A stretch of DNA of 63,983 bases, from positions 10,699,798 to 10,763,780 of the forward strand of contig NC_068982.1 of NCBI RefSeq assembly GCF_001194135.2. Direction: 5' to 3'. Below, piece after piece: positions 1 to 12,710 of this stretch. The notes under the pieces are model-generated. The model searched no databases and was not told the DNA's origin. It saw only the letters and a list, made by a program, of their open reading frames with translations. Each line of letters begins with the position of its first letter. Within the stretch, counting starts at the first letter, position 1. The stretch comes from Octopus bimaculoides (lineage: Eukaryota). Position numbers and translations under genes: made by a program.

Positions 1-149
1 CTGACCTTGGTGAGAGAGACAAAAACCTGGCAATCTTATATCTTCTTTTCAAGTGAAATTCTTCACTGATATCGAAAAGGTGAAAACAAGCAATGTTAAT
101 TCTCTAAATGAAGTATTAACAGTAACTGCACGATAAAGTGTAGTATATT

Positions 150-366
150 GCCACTTAAGTGTGGCTGACCCCTAGGGGTGGATGTTACTGTTGCTTTTAG
201 TCCCAGGAGGACATCTCCTCCAGCTGGCTTATCGACACACGACTGTGTCCTGTTTGCCAAGGGTAGTTATCCCTCTCACCAACATCTGCAGCACGAACGG
301 ATCCGGATTTCAGGGTTATTTCCCTTCGTCGGCGTCCGATAGCCGCTGACCTTGGTGAGAGACACT
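150..366. repeat. Interspersed repeat family G (unclassified); its terminal motif CTGACCTTGGTGAGAGA also occurs at window position 1
   Basis: Shares the GTTACTGTT..TTTAG.CCCAGG..ACAT..CTCCAGCTGG block with 27880-28100, 28230-28420 and 62669-62926. Confidence 0.55.
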
Positions 367-368
367 AC

Positions 369-399
<31 letters not shown>

Positions 400-654
400 C
401 ATATGCACACACACACACACACATATTCTTGCTGCACCTTAATGTTCTGACGTAATTTGAGGTAAATAGTTCAATACATGTTTATATGCCTTTAGCCACG
501 TGCCGCTAATCTTATGCACACACCGAATGCTGTTATTTCTGTCAACTAAATTGCAAATCGTAATGATTCTCAATGCTTAGATCAGCAATATCCTTAAAGA
601 AAACTTTACTTAACATGTTACGTCGGAATAATATTGGTCTCAGCAATCATAGAT

Positions 655-810
655 GCAGGCGTGGCTGTGTGGTAAGAAGCTTGCTTCCTAGCCACATATC
701 TCCCGGATTATTCTCACAGCGCTAAAACGTGATCAAGTGTTTTCTACTATAGCCTCGGGCCGACCAAAGTCATGTGAGTAAAACTGGAAGAAATCCGTTG
801 TATATATTTA
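655..810 (+). mobile_element. tRNA-derived SINE family B (head and core only)
   Basis: GGCGTGGCTGTGTGGTAAGAAGCTTGCTT head followed by CTACTATAGCCTCGGGCCGACCAAAG; matches about ten copies in the window. Confidence 0.8.
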
Positions 811-835
811 GATAGATAGATAGATATCAAAGCAA

Positions 836-1068
836 GGCGGCGAGCTGGCAGAAACGTTAACGCGCCGGGCGAAATAATTAGCGGTATTTCGTCTGCCGCT
901 ATGTTCTGAGTTCAAATTCCGCCGCGGTCCACTTTGCCTTTCATCGTTTCGGGGGCAATGAGATAAATACCAGTTACGCACTGGGGTCGATATAATCGAT
1001 TTAATCCGTTTGTCTGTCCTCATTTGTCCCCTCTGTGTGTAGCCCCTTGTGGGCAGTAAAGAAATAAG
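836..1068 (+). mobile_element. tRNA-derived SINE family A (central domain resembles the Meta/MESC type)
   Basis: GGCGAGCTGGCAGAAACGTT A-box-like head, GAGTTCAAATTCC B-box, CTTTGCCTTTCATC..CGGGG core. The Meta assignment is from memory. Confidence 0.85.
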
Positions 1069-1102
1069 ATAGATAGATAGATACATACATACATACATAA
1101 TC

Positions 1103-1149
<47 letters not shown>

Positions 1150-1574
1150 GATCGGTGTGTGTGTTGTAGTGTCTCAGTGTGTCCCTCACCACCGCATGAC
1201 AACTGGTATTGGTGTGTACCAATCTTAGAACAATTAAACACTGGTGTTGTTTTGTACGACTGAAAATTCTAAGACGGTGCTCCAACATGGCCGCAGTCTA
1301 ATAGCTAAAACAAGTGGAAAGGGAAATGGAATATTTTAAACATGCCGCTATCAATGTCTCTTTTCTATTTATACTCTTCCTTCCATGATGTTATTCCATT
1401 TCTGCGATCAAAGTCTTACATAAACTTTCTCTTCTATTGTCTCCTTAGACGTCACTCCTTTCTGTTTTCACACATTCAGTTACGTTTACTTTAAAAAAAA
1501 CGGAAGACAGCTTAAAAGAAATATGACCTTAACGATCTATCGAATAAAACAATTGCTATTTTGAGGTGGTTAAT

Positions 1575-1778
1575 TACTGGTTTCAAATTTTGGCAAGTAT
1601 CTAGTCATTTCCGGGGCCAGAATAACTCTATTACATCAATTTCAGTGTTCAGTATTTTATCGACCCCGAAAGAGACAAGAGGCCATGTCAACTTCGGCAG
1701 GATTTGACCGTAAAGATGGATACAATTTCGCAAAGCATTTTGCTCGGTGTACTAACACTTTTGCCAGTGCGCCGCCTT
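1575..1778 (-). mobile_element. SINE family A, degenerate
   Basis: Reverse complement of the core (TTTATCGACCCCGAAAG...GTCAACTTCGGCAGGATTTGA). Confidence 0.75.
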
Positions 1779-2582
1779 TGTGACAGTAATTCTGATAGAG
1801 TTTCGATGTAGTTTTATTCTCTCATTCAGAACCGCTACTTTCTAAGGATATAATAACTAGATGATGATCTATAGAGAAGCATGCGATAAAAATCATGCAA
1901 CGCATTGTAGTGAAACTTAGAATTAACATGCACACGCTGCGTGGTGTGTCCCCTAATTGGTTGAATATTTCACATATTTTTGAATACGTTTCAATTTTGT
2001 TTTGAATGATTTGCTGAATATCAAAATATAACGCGAATTGAATTTCGGAAATAATAAGATATTACGTAACAACACACAACAAAAAAGATGTTATCTAATT
2101 ATTAGTATATAATANNNNNNNNNNNNNNNNNNNNNNNNNNNNNNNNNNNNNNNNNNNNNNNNNNNNNNNNNNNNNNNNNNNNNNNNNNNNNNNNNNNNNN
2201 NNNNNNNATATATATATATATATATATATATACATGCATATGTTTATATACATATATATATATGTATGTATGTAGAGTAATATCGGCAAATAATATTCGT
2301 CCTTAATGTCATTAGGCAACGTGTTTTTCTATGCTTTAAAATATGAGAATTTGAGTACATGTTTAATGATCTAACGCTGACGATGCTTATGAATCATTTA
2401 GGAAACCAGTTGCAATCACACCCGCTGCAATTGAACGACCAGCATTGTCTGTAATACTTCCTACACATTTGTAACTTCAGCAGATGCCACTGCTCTCACA
2501 ACCGCGTCGTCGACGCTTCTTTAGCAATTCAGGTTTCACATACTTTGAGTCAATAAGCCGTAGTTCTACAGTATCAGCGCCG

Positions 2583-2618
<36 letters not shown>

Positions 2619-2844
2619 AACAAGAAGATGCATTAAAGGAGAGATTCTCTTCTTGTTAGATCTCACAGGGAAATCTGCTTTGGAAAAATGAATTTAATAT
2701 CGTAAACCTCCATTTCCTGAATTGTAGGAACGTTTACGAATTGCATATCTCTTCAATCATGATTTACGCGGAGCTAAAGAACAACTAGTTACAAATGTGT
2801 ATGCTAGTTTTATGTTGCTCATGTTACATGAAATATAATAAATG

Positions 2845-3166
2845 ATTCTTTACTCTTTTAATTGTTTCAGCACCGCCATTAGTCGAGCAAATCGACCCCA
2901 AGACTTATTCTATGTAAGCCTAGTACTTATTCTATCGGTATCTTTTTGCCGAACCGCTAAGTTACGGGGACGTAAACACACCACCATCGGTTGTCAAGCG
3001 ATATTGGGGGAGGACAAACACAAACACACAAACGTATACATACAAATACATATATATATATACATATATACGAGGAGCTTCTTTCAGTTTCCGTCTACCA
3101 AATCCACTCACAAGGCTTCGGTTGGCCCGAAGCTATAGTGGAAGACATTTGCCCAAGGTGCCACGC
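2845..3166 (-). mobile_element. SINE family B, near full length (core, microsatellite linker, body, AGTAAAAG-type tail)
   Basis: Collinear with 63495-63920. Confidence 0.85.
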
Positions 3167-3187
3167 AGTGGGAATGAACCCGAAACC

Positions 3188-3290
3188 GCGTGGCACCTTG
3201 GGCAAGTGTCTTCTACTATAGCCTCGGGCCGACCAAAGCCTTGTGAGGGGATTTGGTAGACGGAAACTGAAAGAAGCCTGTCGTATATAT
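3188..3290 (+). mobile_element. SINE family B core, inverted against the preceding copy
   Basis: GCGTGGCACCTTGGGCAAGTGTCTTCTACTATAGCCTCGGG...GGAAACTGAAAGAAGC. Confidence 0.85.
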
Positions 3291-3524
3291 GAATATATAT
3301 TGCCTAATTTCGCAGAATCATTTTACAAAAATTTACATTTAAATGATAAAGTTAATTTGTACTTGAATCTATTCAACGAAATTTTGCATTTCAGTCTCTC
3401 TCATCTATTTATACTCAAGTGAATAAACACGATTTTATAATGGATTGTACGATTGTACAATTTTAAATGTTTAATGTGGCAACAAACTTTGACTATGTAT
3501 ATTTAAACAAAGCTAAATAGTATT

Positions 3525-3790
3525 GGCCTGGCTGTGTGGTAAGACGTTTGCTAACCAGTCACATCGTTCCGAGTTTAGTCCCACTGCGTGGCACATTGAG
3601 CTGATGTCTTCTACTATAGCCTCGCTCTGAACAACGACTTGTGAGTGGATTTGATTGACGGAAACTGAGAGAAGCCCGTTGTATATGTATGTGTATGTGT
3701 TTGTCCTCCACCACCCCTTGACAACAGGTCTTGGTGTGATTACGTCCTTGTAACTTACCAGTTCGGCAGCAAAGAACCAGAATGAATATA
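3525..3790 (+). mobile_element. SINE family B
   Basis: tRNA-like head TGGCTGTGTGGTAAG, core, (TATG) linker and body. Confidence 0.8.
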
Positions 3791-3840
3791 TTCTGATGCC
3801 TACATGACCCATCAGGTAACATCCGATAAATATTCCTTTA

Positions 3841-3899
<59 letters not shown>

Positions 3900-4180
3900 G
3901 AGTGAGAGAGCAGTGCATGCTATCAAAGTGACACTGGGGTAAAATATACGAAGCCCATTATACCCCATGACTACCCGTCTGATAAGGGTACACCAGGCAC
4001 ATGCGTCACAACCATATGTGCGCGATATTGTGATCTCATATCAAGATAAACAGTGCATGACCTCGCAGGTGGGGCCCAGTTAGAATTTTCTTCAAGTCGA
4101 GTAGCCCATCCCGCTCAAAAGGTGCCTGAATAAGGTTTGTTTAAGGATGTTGAGCAAAACAACCATGTTTCCAAAGGTGA

Positions 4181-4182
<2 letters not shown>
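3900..4182 (-). mobile_element. Family E non-coding element, 5'-truncated, flanked by (TTA)n on both sides
   Basis: Reverse complement of 38640-39012; ends CTGCTCTCTCACTC-(AAT)n. Confidence 0.8.
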
Positions 4183-4229
<47 letters not shown>

Positions 4230-4415
4230 GAAAACTACCTTAGGAATGAGATCCCAGGTTCGAAATTTCTCCTAGACACCCGATGAAGGCTGGAAGGCAT
4301 ATCAGCCGAAACGTTGAGTTAACAACAAACAAGATGAGGACAAATATCCGTCAAATGTAAATAATGTAAATAATGTAAATAATGTACATAATTCCTCATC
4401 TCTTAAATACAGAAA
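4230..4415 (+). mobile_element. Family F element body containing the hammerhead motif
   Basis: Collinear with 39036-39185 (TTAGGAATGAG..CAGGTTCG..GACAC..GATGAAGGCTGG..CAGCCGAAACGTT). Confidence 0.8.
4275..4320 (+). ncRNA. Minimal type-I hammerhead ribozyme motif with a U4-to-C core substitution
   Basis: GACAC-CCGATGA-A-GGCTG(10-nt loop)CAGCC-GAAA-CGT-T-GAGTT. Confidence 0.55.
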
Positions 4416-4835
4416 TGTATTGAATATCAAGTTTAAGATAGCACTGCCTTCGTTTACGCATGTTTATGCATACTAAAGTAACTTAAGCATGAGTTTAAAC
4501 GTCGCAGTAGAACACCGCAAATACTGTTTTACTGCATTTTGCTACAGTTATTTTTCGGTTATTTTTGAAGTAATCGATTCTTTCATTTGTCCATTCCAGC
4601 ATGATTTATGCACTACCGAATGTCACGAATTGCTATATATTGTTTGGCTAAACAATTTATTTTCTTTATGTGTTTGCAAGGTGTTTCAGGGTCAATCTTC
4701 CACTTTGTATAATTCACATGGAGATAAATCATACGACCACCTACATTTTGTGCTAACACTATCAATGATTAGATTCAATATTCTTGTTTAGTGGAAGATT
4801 TTGCTACTTAGCTGAAAGTGAGTCTCTACGTATAA

Positions 4836-4940
<105 letters not shown>

Positions 4941-5039
4941 CATCTATGTAGACATCTATGCATATACACATACCTACATGTGTACATATGTTTACTGACA
5001 AGTATACATATGTACGCCTATATACAAATAGATCCACGC

Positions 5040-5220
5040 CGGCCAAAATGCTTAGCGGTATTTAGTCTGTTTTTACGTTCTGAGTTCAAATTCCGCCGAG
5101 ATCGACTTTGCCTTTCATCCTTTCAGGGTCGATAAGTTAAGTACCAGTTGCATACTGGGGTCGATTTAATCGACTGGGTGCCTCGCCAAAAATTTCGAGC
5201 GTTTAGTCTAGAGTAGAAAA
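5040..5220 (+). mobile_element. SINE family A, head-truncated
   Basis: ATGCTTAGCGGTATTT...GAGTTCAAATTCCGCCGAG...CCTTTCATCCTTTCAGGGTCGATAA. Confidence 0.8.
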
Positions 5221-5222
5221 GA

Positions 5223-5279
<57 letters not shown>

Positions 5280-5589
5280 TGATCACGCGATATCTACCTA
5301 TCTCTCTGTCTATATATTTATCTATATATCTACCTATCTATCTATCTTTCTGTCTATCTATCTATCTATTTGTATATACTTTCCTACTCTGGGCACAAGG
5401 CCCGAAATTTTTCGGGAGGGAGCCAGTCGATTAGATCGACCCCAGTACACAAACAATTAAAAAGGAAAAAGGAAAAAACGAAAAATACATATAAAAAATT
5501 TTTTGAATTAAAAAATCATGGAAGTTAAACATATAGGAAAGCTAGTGCAGAAACATAGTAGAAATGTGGATTCTAGCAGTGATTTTGTG

Positions 5590-6410
5590 CGCCCCAAAAT
5601 GTAACAGGTATTTTGTGACATGTGGACATGATCCAAAAAGTTCAATTCTTGAATTTAAACACTTAGAGAAGTCTAAGGAACTTTTCAAGATGAGTCATAT
5701 TTCCATATTACAAAGACCGCACATGCCACTACCGTTGGTATGAGATTTACACTTGGCTAAGATCTTCCAGTAAATCCTGTACTTGACACTTTGTTCTTTT
5801 AAGAACCATATATAGCTGGTTAATTTGGTAGTCCTTCGTTTATTCTAGTGTCTGAAGCTAAAGGTGTGATTGCTGAATCATGCTTTGAAATTTCCCTCAG
5901 TGAGACCCACATATCTCTTGGATGAAACTGTATTATTAGCATTCGTGGAATTTACGGTGGCTTCATAAATAATGGCGTCGGTCATACAGGCTCGATTTAG
6001 TGGGCACAAGCCTTTATGCCTGCAGGTACAGTCGGCTTCGTGTTCTTGTGTTGTATTGTGTGTAATTATACTTTTAAATTTTGGAGTGGAACTAAAACTA
6101 ATTTTTAGGTTATGCCTATTAAAGAGTTTTCTATATATGTGATGTATTGGAAAATGTCTATCTATAAATGACAAGAAATATGCACCAATAGTAAAAGTCA
6201 TTTCGGGGCAGTAAGGGGATGTGAACCAGATAATTTTCCAGTGTCTCTGTTTTCTTTACTCTATTTCCGGTTTAATAATAGGGGTGTAAGCGATTTCCTC
6301 TTTCAATCCTCTAGTTTTAAGGGAATTGTTTTGTAGTGAGGCAAGCATTATTTCACTCCGACATTCGGAACTCCGAGTACAATATTGACAATCTTTTACT
6401 ATTTGATCTA
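5590..6410 (-). mobile_element. Penelope-like retroelement fragment (linker and GIY-YIG endonuclease), decayed
   Basis: Translates to KIIWFTSPYC..FLSFIDRHFP..LFNRHNLKISFS..CTCRHKGLCPL..IIYEATV..YVGLTEGNFK, then TTKLTSYIWFLKE..CGLCNME..CPH..KYLL, typical of PLE C-termini; contains stops and frameshifts. Confidence 0.9.
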
Positions 6411-6432
6411 AACGCAAACACACACACACACA

Positions 6433-6499
<67 letters not shown>

Positions 6500-7389
6500 N
6501 NNNNNNNNNNNNNNNNNNNNNNNNNNNNNNNNNNNNNNNNNNNNNNNNNNNNNNNNNNNNNNNNNNNNNNNNNNNNNNNNNNNNNNNNNNNNNNNNNNNN
6601 NNNNNNNNNNNNNNNNNNNNNNNNNNNNNNNNNNNNNNNNNNNNNNNNNNNNNNNNNNNNNNNNNNNNNNNNNNNNNNNNNNNNNNNNNNNNNNNNNNNN
6701 NNNNNNNNNNNNNNNNNNNNNNNNNNNNNNNNNNNNNNNNNNNNNNNNNNNNNNNNNNNNNNNNNNNNNNNNNNNNNNNNNNNNNNNNNNNNNNNNNNNN
6801 NNNNNNNNNNNNNNNNNNNNNNNNNNNNNNNNNNNNNNNNNNNNNNNNNNNNNNNNNNNNNNNNNNNNNNNNNNNNNNNNNNNNNNNNNNNNNNNNNNNN
6901 NNNNNNNNNNNNNNNNNNNNNNNNNNNNNNNNNNNNNNNNNNNNNNNNNNNNNNNNNNNNNNNNNNNNNNNNNNNNNNNNNNNNNNNNNNNNNNNNNNNN
7001 NNNNNNNNNNNNNNNNNNNNNNNNNNNNNNNNNNNNNNNNNNNNNNNNNNNNNNNNNNNNNNNNNNNNNNNNNNNNNNNNNNNNNNNNNNNNNNNNNNNN
7101 NNNNNNNNNNNNNNNNNNNNNNNNNNNNNNNNNNNNNNNNNNNNNNNNNNNNNNNNNNNNNNNNNNNNNNNNNNNNNNNNNNNNNNNNNNNNNNNNNNNN
7201 NNNNNNNNNNNNNNNNNNNNNNNNNNNNNNNNNNNNNNNNNNNNNNNNNNNNNNNNNNNNNNNNNNNNNNNNNNNNNNNNNNNNNNNNNNNNNNNNNNNN
7301 NNNNNNNNNNNNNNNNNNNNNNNNNNNNNNNNNNNNNNNNNNNNNNNNNNNNNNNNNNNNNNNNNNNTATATATATATATATATGATAA

Positions 7390-7428
<39 letters not shown>

Positions 7429-7457
7429 AAAACAGACAAACAGACAGACAGACAGAC

Positions 7458-7522
<65 letters not shown>

Positions 7523-8151
7523 TGCACGTCGTAACAGAGAATACATCTATGTGTATCTCTTATCTGATATAATATTTCTGTTTCGATTAGATGCATTTTT
7601 CTCTTTTGACAAGTTCTTAATTTAGGATTGTTCATTCGATACCTGTTATTCCATATTGCGTGTTCTGTTACTTTACCGGAGTTTACACTGACACAGAATA
7701 TTCCAATTATGTAAACGAAATACCCTTTAAGAAAACAAGAAATTATGACGTGAATATCTCAACCAAATTAAACTTGTCAATCTCTGAAGTTGATGATGCA
7801 GTTGACATACAGTAGTTTAATTGGGTGCTTGGCGTACTCTTCTGGTGGAATCATTAGTATCTTTGCACCATTTGTCGATACACATTTGTCTTTGGTGATT
7901 TTTCTTCAACTCTGATTACTCACGTACATACAAAAGTAAGGTATACACACACACACACACACAACACAACACACGCACATACACACACATGTACTATGCT
8001 TTATGCAGAATGAATGAGAAAGAAGTGCTCAATGTTCGTTTTATAAGATTTGGATTTTTCTATTGAAACTGGAGCCGCGAGAACTGTCAGATTCAGTTTC
8101 AACGGAATGCACACATACGCACACGAACATACACATACATGCATACATACA

Positions 8152-8185
<34 letters not shown>

Positions 8186-8496
8186 CATACATACATACAT
8201 ACATGCATACATATACACACACACATACACACACACACACGTATATACATATATATATATACGCACACACGCCGCACATACACACTCAGAAAGACAATAT
8301 GTTTCTTATAAAACCGTTTTTCATCGTGGGTCATGTTAATATGACTACGATAGTAACTTCAGGGAGAATTTTGTTATTTACAAGGTAACAGATTCATTAT
8401 TGCATTGTGCGTAGTGATCGGTTACTTTGTTTTGGTTCCAACTTTTAATTTTTAAGGGGCTGTTGTCATCTGCCCTTGTTTTATTTAATAATATAT

Positions 8497-8733
8497 AAGG
8501 CCGGCGAGCTGGCAGAATCGTTAGCACGCCGGGTGAAATGCTTAGCGTTATTTCGTCTGCCGTTATGTTCTGAATTCAAATTCTGCCGAGGTCGACTTTG
8601 CCTTTCATCCTTTCGGGGTCGATTAAATAAGTACCAGTTTAGCACTGGTATCGATGTAATCGACTCAAACCCTTTGTCTGTCCCTATTTGTCCCCTGTAT
8701 GTTTAACCCCACTGTGGGCAATAAAAAAATAAA
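8497..8733 (+). mobile_element. SINE family A, full length
   Basis: Close match to 836-1068 and 51202-51420. Confidence 0.88.
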
Positions 8734-10204
8734 CATATAAGTTGCTCTGTTTCCATTTATGAGTTTCGCTGTTATATCCTGCTAATCTAATTTTTAGACG
8801 CATGTCCTTTTATATTATCGTCCTGTTATCGCTTTTTGTAGGACAGGTCAGTTAGTTTGTACTTAGTGGTCGATTATGAAAACTCTGCCGGTTCCACAGT
8901 TTCTTATTCTGGTATTACTGATTTGTTCATGTGTTTATACAAAGTCTTATTAACCGTTACAAATTCTGTTATCTAACTGCCTGCAGATTATGTTGCTGTA
9001 TGCTTTTTGGCTGTCGTTTTTTGATCGATAGAAAAACGGTGGTCGATCCAATGCTTCTTTTGTCTTGACATATTGATTATGCCGTAATATCTTACTTCCC
9101 TAAAATTATCTCACTGTCATCTTCTTAAAATATATGTGATGTCACACAGCTCATATACAGTTTGCAATATTTATGGAATGAAGGCAACGAATCTATGGCA
9201 GCAAATCGGAGGGATAATAATATATAATAATATACAATAATATATATATTATTATATAATAATATATAATATAATAAATAATAATAATAAAAATTATATT
9301 AATAATAATATATAATATAAACCGTATCATAAATAAGACTAATTCCTCAATATAAAAATTCAGAAACTTTCTCAGTTCACTGAACAGAATACGAACCACG
9401 AGAGCATGCAATGGCATAATAGTAACGGAAATTATGTAGGAAGTAGAACAATACAAACACAAACAATTATATATAACAAACCAATGTAATCAACAAATAA
9501 ATCAATGGAGAATATTTGCAAATTACAGCATTATATATTAAATACAACCCAACACCGAGAGTATATGAAAGTATATTTAATGACATCAGATATAAATATC
9601 TATGCGTAAAAAAGTGTTTATTAGAAATCTGAGCTCACATTAAATTAGCCAAACTGGAGAGTTTCGATCGTTCACAGTGGAACTTTAAAATATAATAATA
9701 CATCTTAGTTTGCACCTCCAAAACAGAAAATTAAAGGGTGCTGGCTTTTTCAATCCCTATATTAAATAAATGCTCATGTGAAACATTTTTAGAGAGTACT
9801 AAATATGGGAAACTGGTGGCTATTAGTAGAGCCTAATTGATCGTTGTGTACGCAATGTCCACGTGCTGTTCGTGAAGAGCTGGTCGGCACATGGTTTTGG
9901 TATGTAACGTCTGTTTTGTATGTGATAGTGTGAAGAGGCCTATCTTGCTGTATACCTTGCTATATCTCTTGTTTGCTTGCCTAGTCAACCATAAATAGAA
10001 TCTCAGATACAAGTGTCTTCTTTTACCATGTTTTCAGTCTGTTTCTTTCCCACCTCAAATCTAGGAGACTGCTATCAGAAAATCCACCCCTTTCTGCTTG
10101 CAATACATCGGTCAGTACACGTGATTGAAAGTAAGATTAATAAAGCTTTATTTATGACTGGGAATATCGATGTTGACAATCTATGATTTATTAGCTCAGA
10201 AAAT

Positions 10205-10440
10205 ACGCTGTCATAGAATGATTGTACCAGTGCAATAAACGTTTTTCGAGTTGTCCATATTTAGCCATGATTCTCTACAATCTTTTAAGTATAACATGTT
10301 CAAATACTTCTGTAATCCAACAAGCATACAGGAATCACGAAGCTACTTCCAGCATATCTGAATTAATTCAGAAACAAATTGATGAATTGACAAATCTACC
10401 AAAAGCGATGTAGATATGGTTGCATATACGTTGGTGCCAA
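10205..10440 (-). mobile_element. RTE-clade LINE reverse transcriptase relic
   Basis: Frameshifted IYIAF/VDL...RIMAKYG..EK/FIALVQSFYD resembles RTE RT (LYIAFVDL..KAFD..LWKIMAKYGCPEKFI..V.SF.DGM). Confidence 0.5.
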
Positions 10441-11928
10441 CGAAACACTCTTCAATTCATACAAAATTTAACCAAAACTATTCGATGTTCTTATTGTTAT
10501 ATAAATAAAGGTTTACATTTAATTCAAATGAATATAACACCCGTATAGCATTCTGCACAATCCGTGCACAAGAGTGTATTGAGCCATTATTTTCAGCGCC
10601 AATATTAGATAGAAGCGTGTTTGTGAGAGTGTCTTTTGTGTGAGTGTATATGCGTGTGTATGTACCCGTGTATGTGTGTGTGTGCGCGCGTTAGAATTAC
10701 CAGTATGCTTCTGTTTATGTAAATCTTAATGTACACATTTGACAGGATATGTATGTGACGTGAATGAGGTTTCTTCGCAAATCATAATATATTGTGAACC
10801 AGTTATCCCACTGCACACATAGCAGTTACAGTTATGACAACCGTCTTTGTTTCGAGGATTTATTTAAAGCCATGTTAAGCTATATGCAGCATCTAATTAG
10901 TCAGGTGCATTACTATCAGCATATAATCTTAGCATATTTTATTCCACTGTGGTATTTTATCATCTTCTAGTATGTAACATACCATAACTGAGCAGACCTC
11001 ATTATCATATATAAAACAATTGCGTAACGTTCAGATTTATAGGAATTACTGTGTGACATCTTCGCTTTCCCAAATACACCAACGACGCAAGTAAAATAAA
11101 TTGGCTAATAATTCATGGCAATATTTGCATGGCGGTTATTTCTATTCTACACATTAGCTCTTATTAGGTGAATATTCAATATTTACGAATGCACAACATT
11201 TGTCTTTCAAACAAGAAAAGAAGATAATAGATTAAGCTATAGAGAGAGATGTACAGAGTCAGAGAGAAGGGAGAAAATATTAATAAACGAATAAGACAGA
11301 AATATAAACGCTGTGGAAGCATTTAACAAAATTGAAATGGAAAAGAAAATGATTTACATATTGAAAATATGCCAATTATCACATTATATTAAACATAAGA
11401 CTTTTCCAATGTATTTTCTAAACAGAGATTTCTCAGCAGTAAAACTTACAATGCTTTATCTCATTATTTCGTATCCCGTCGATTTAGTATTAAATTACGC
11501 CAATTTTCTTTGCGTTCTATCGATAAGATTAACGAACATTTATTCAATCGACTATTTCTATTCCCTATATTCGGGAATTTGCGCTTATGAAAGAACTCAT
11601 TAACAGCGATATTAGGATCATTATTTTCATTCAATATGTTACTTCGCTATTTGCTGGAAAACCTAACGCTCTGGTTTCAAACTTAACAGCGTCAACTTAT
11701 AGTTCCATCCTTCCGAATGTAATAACAAAAGTTGTTTTATATTTAGAATTATATTTTGTCTAAATTACACGTGATCATTTTCAAACTGAAATATAACAGT
11801 ATCTAACTGTTGGATAGATTTAAGCGTCTTGGTTAAAGTTTCCTGTGCTATACCATACATTTATTCAACCCGACCGTCTATCTGTTTATATTGTGTATTT
11901 CACAAGTGATTCAAATGAATTATATTTT

Positions 11929-12710
11929 TATACACCTTAATTATGTACCTTAATACATACCTTGACTTGTCTACCTTCTTAGCAATACAACTTAAATCAA
12001 GCCACATTCGATTTAGTCAGGAACAGAACTTCGAAAAGGAAGGCGTTGACGTTTCGTTTGACGTAGATAAATTTCTTCATTAGCGTTCTTTTAAATATCT
12101 TATCACCTAAAACGTTTTCTTACTAGTGACATGATGAGCTTTCATAAAACAAATTATATACTAATTCAAGCCGCATTATTACGTAAATGAAAGCTATGAT
12201 GAGCACAGTTCTACATACAATAAAAATAGGGATGAAATACGCAATAAGAAATGTAATTTTAAATATATGACTACCTCATAAGAACAGAATTATATTGAAG
12301 ATAATTATATTAAATTTATATTAAAACATTGCAGTTATAGAAACCTTAAAGTAATTATCTATGTTATTTCCAATTTTGCAAGTTCCACAAAAGATCACTC
12401 CGTTCAAAATAAATTGCTAGCCCTTCGACAGTAAATCAATCAGCATTAACGGAATGCACATCATTAATTTAGAATGTTTTCAAAGGGGACGTTTAGTTTA
12501 GAATGGCTCTTCTTAAATGGATACGAGTCATTTATGTATACGCGTGTACGCTTTATTAGCAATATTTGAAGTTCTACACGTTAGGAAAGTAATCGATGAA
12601 GCAAAAAATATACACCTTAATTATGTACCTTAATACATACCTTGACTTGTCTACCTTCTTAGCAATACAACTTAAATCAAGCCACATTCGATTTAGTCAG
12701 GAACAGAACT
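11929..12710 (+). repeat. 102-bp perfect direct repeat pair (11929-12030 and 12609-12710)
   Basis: TATACACCTTAATTATGTACC...GTCAGGAACAGAACT is identical at both positions. Confidence 0.95.

Noticed and set aside
6256-7635. Long ORFs (340-460 aa) in the ORF track, and similar ones at 12712, 43129, 54530, 58037 and 60632
   Set aside because: Composed of N-gap codons and microsatellite-derived dipeptide repeats; no coding signal (apart from the RTE relic at 58605-58789).
7621-7815. 64-codon open plus frame after a TTTAG acceptor
   Set aside because: No donor or recognisable domain; within expectation for chance.
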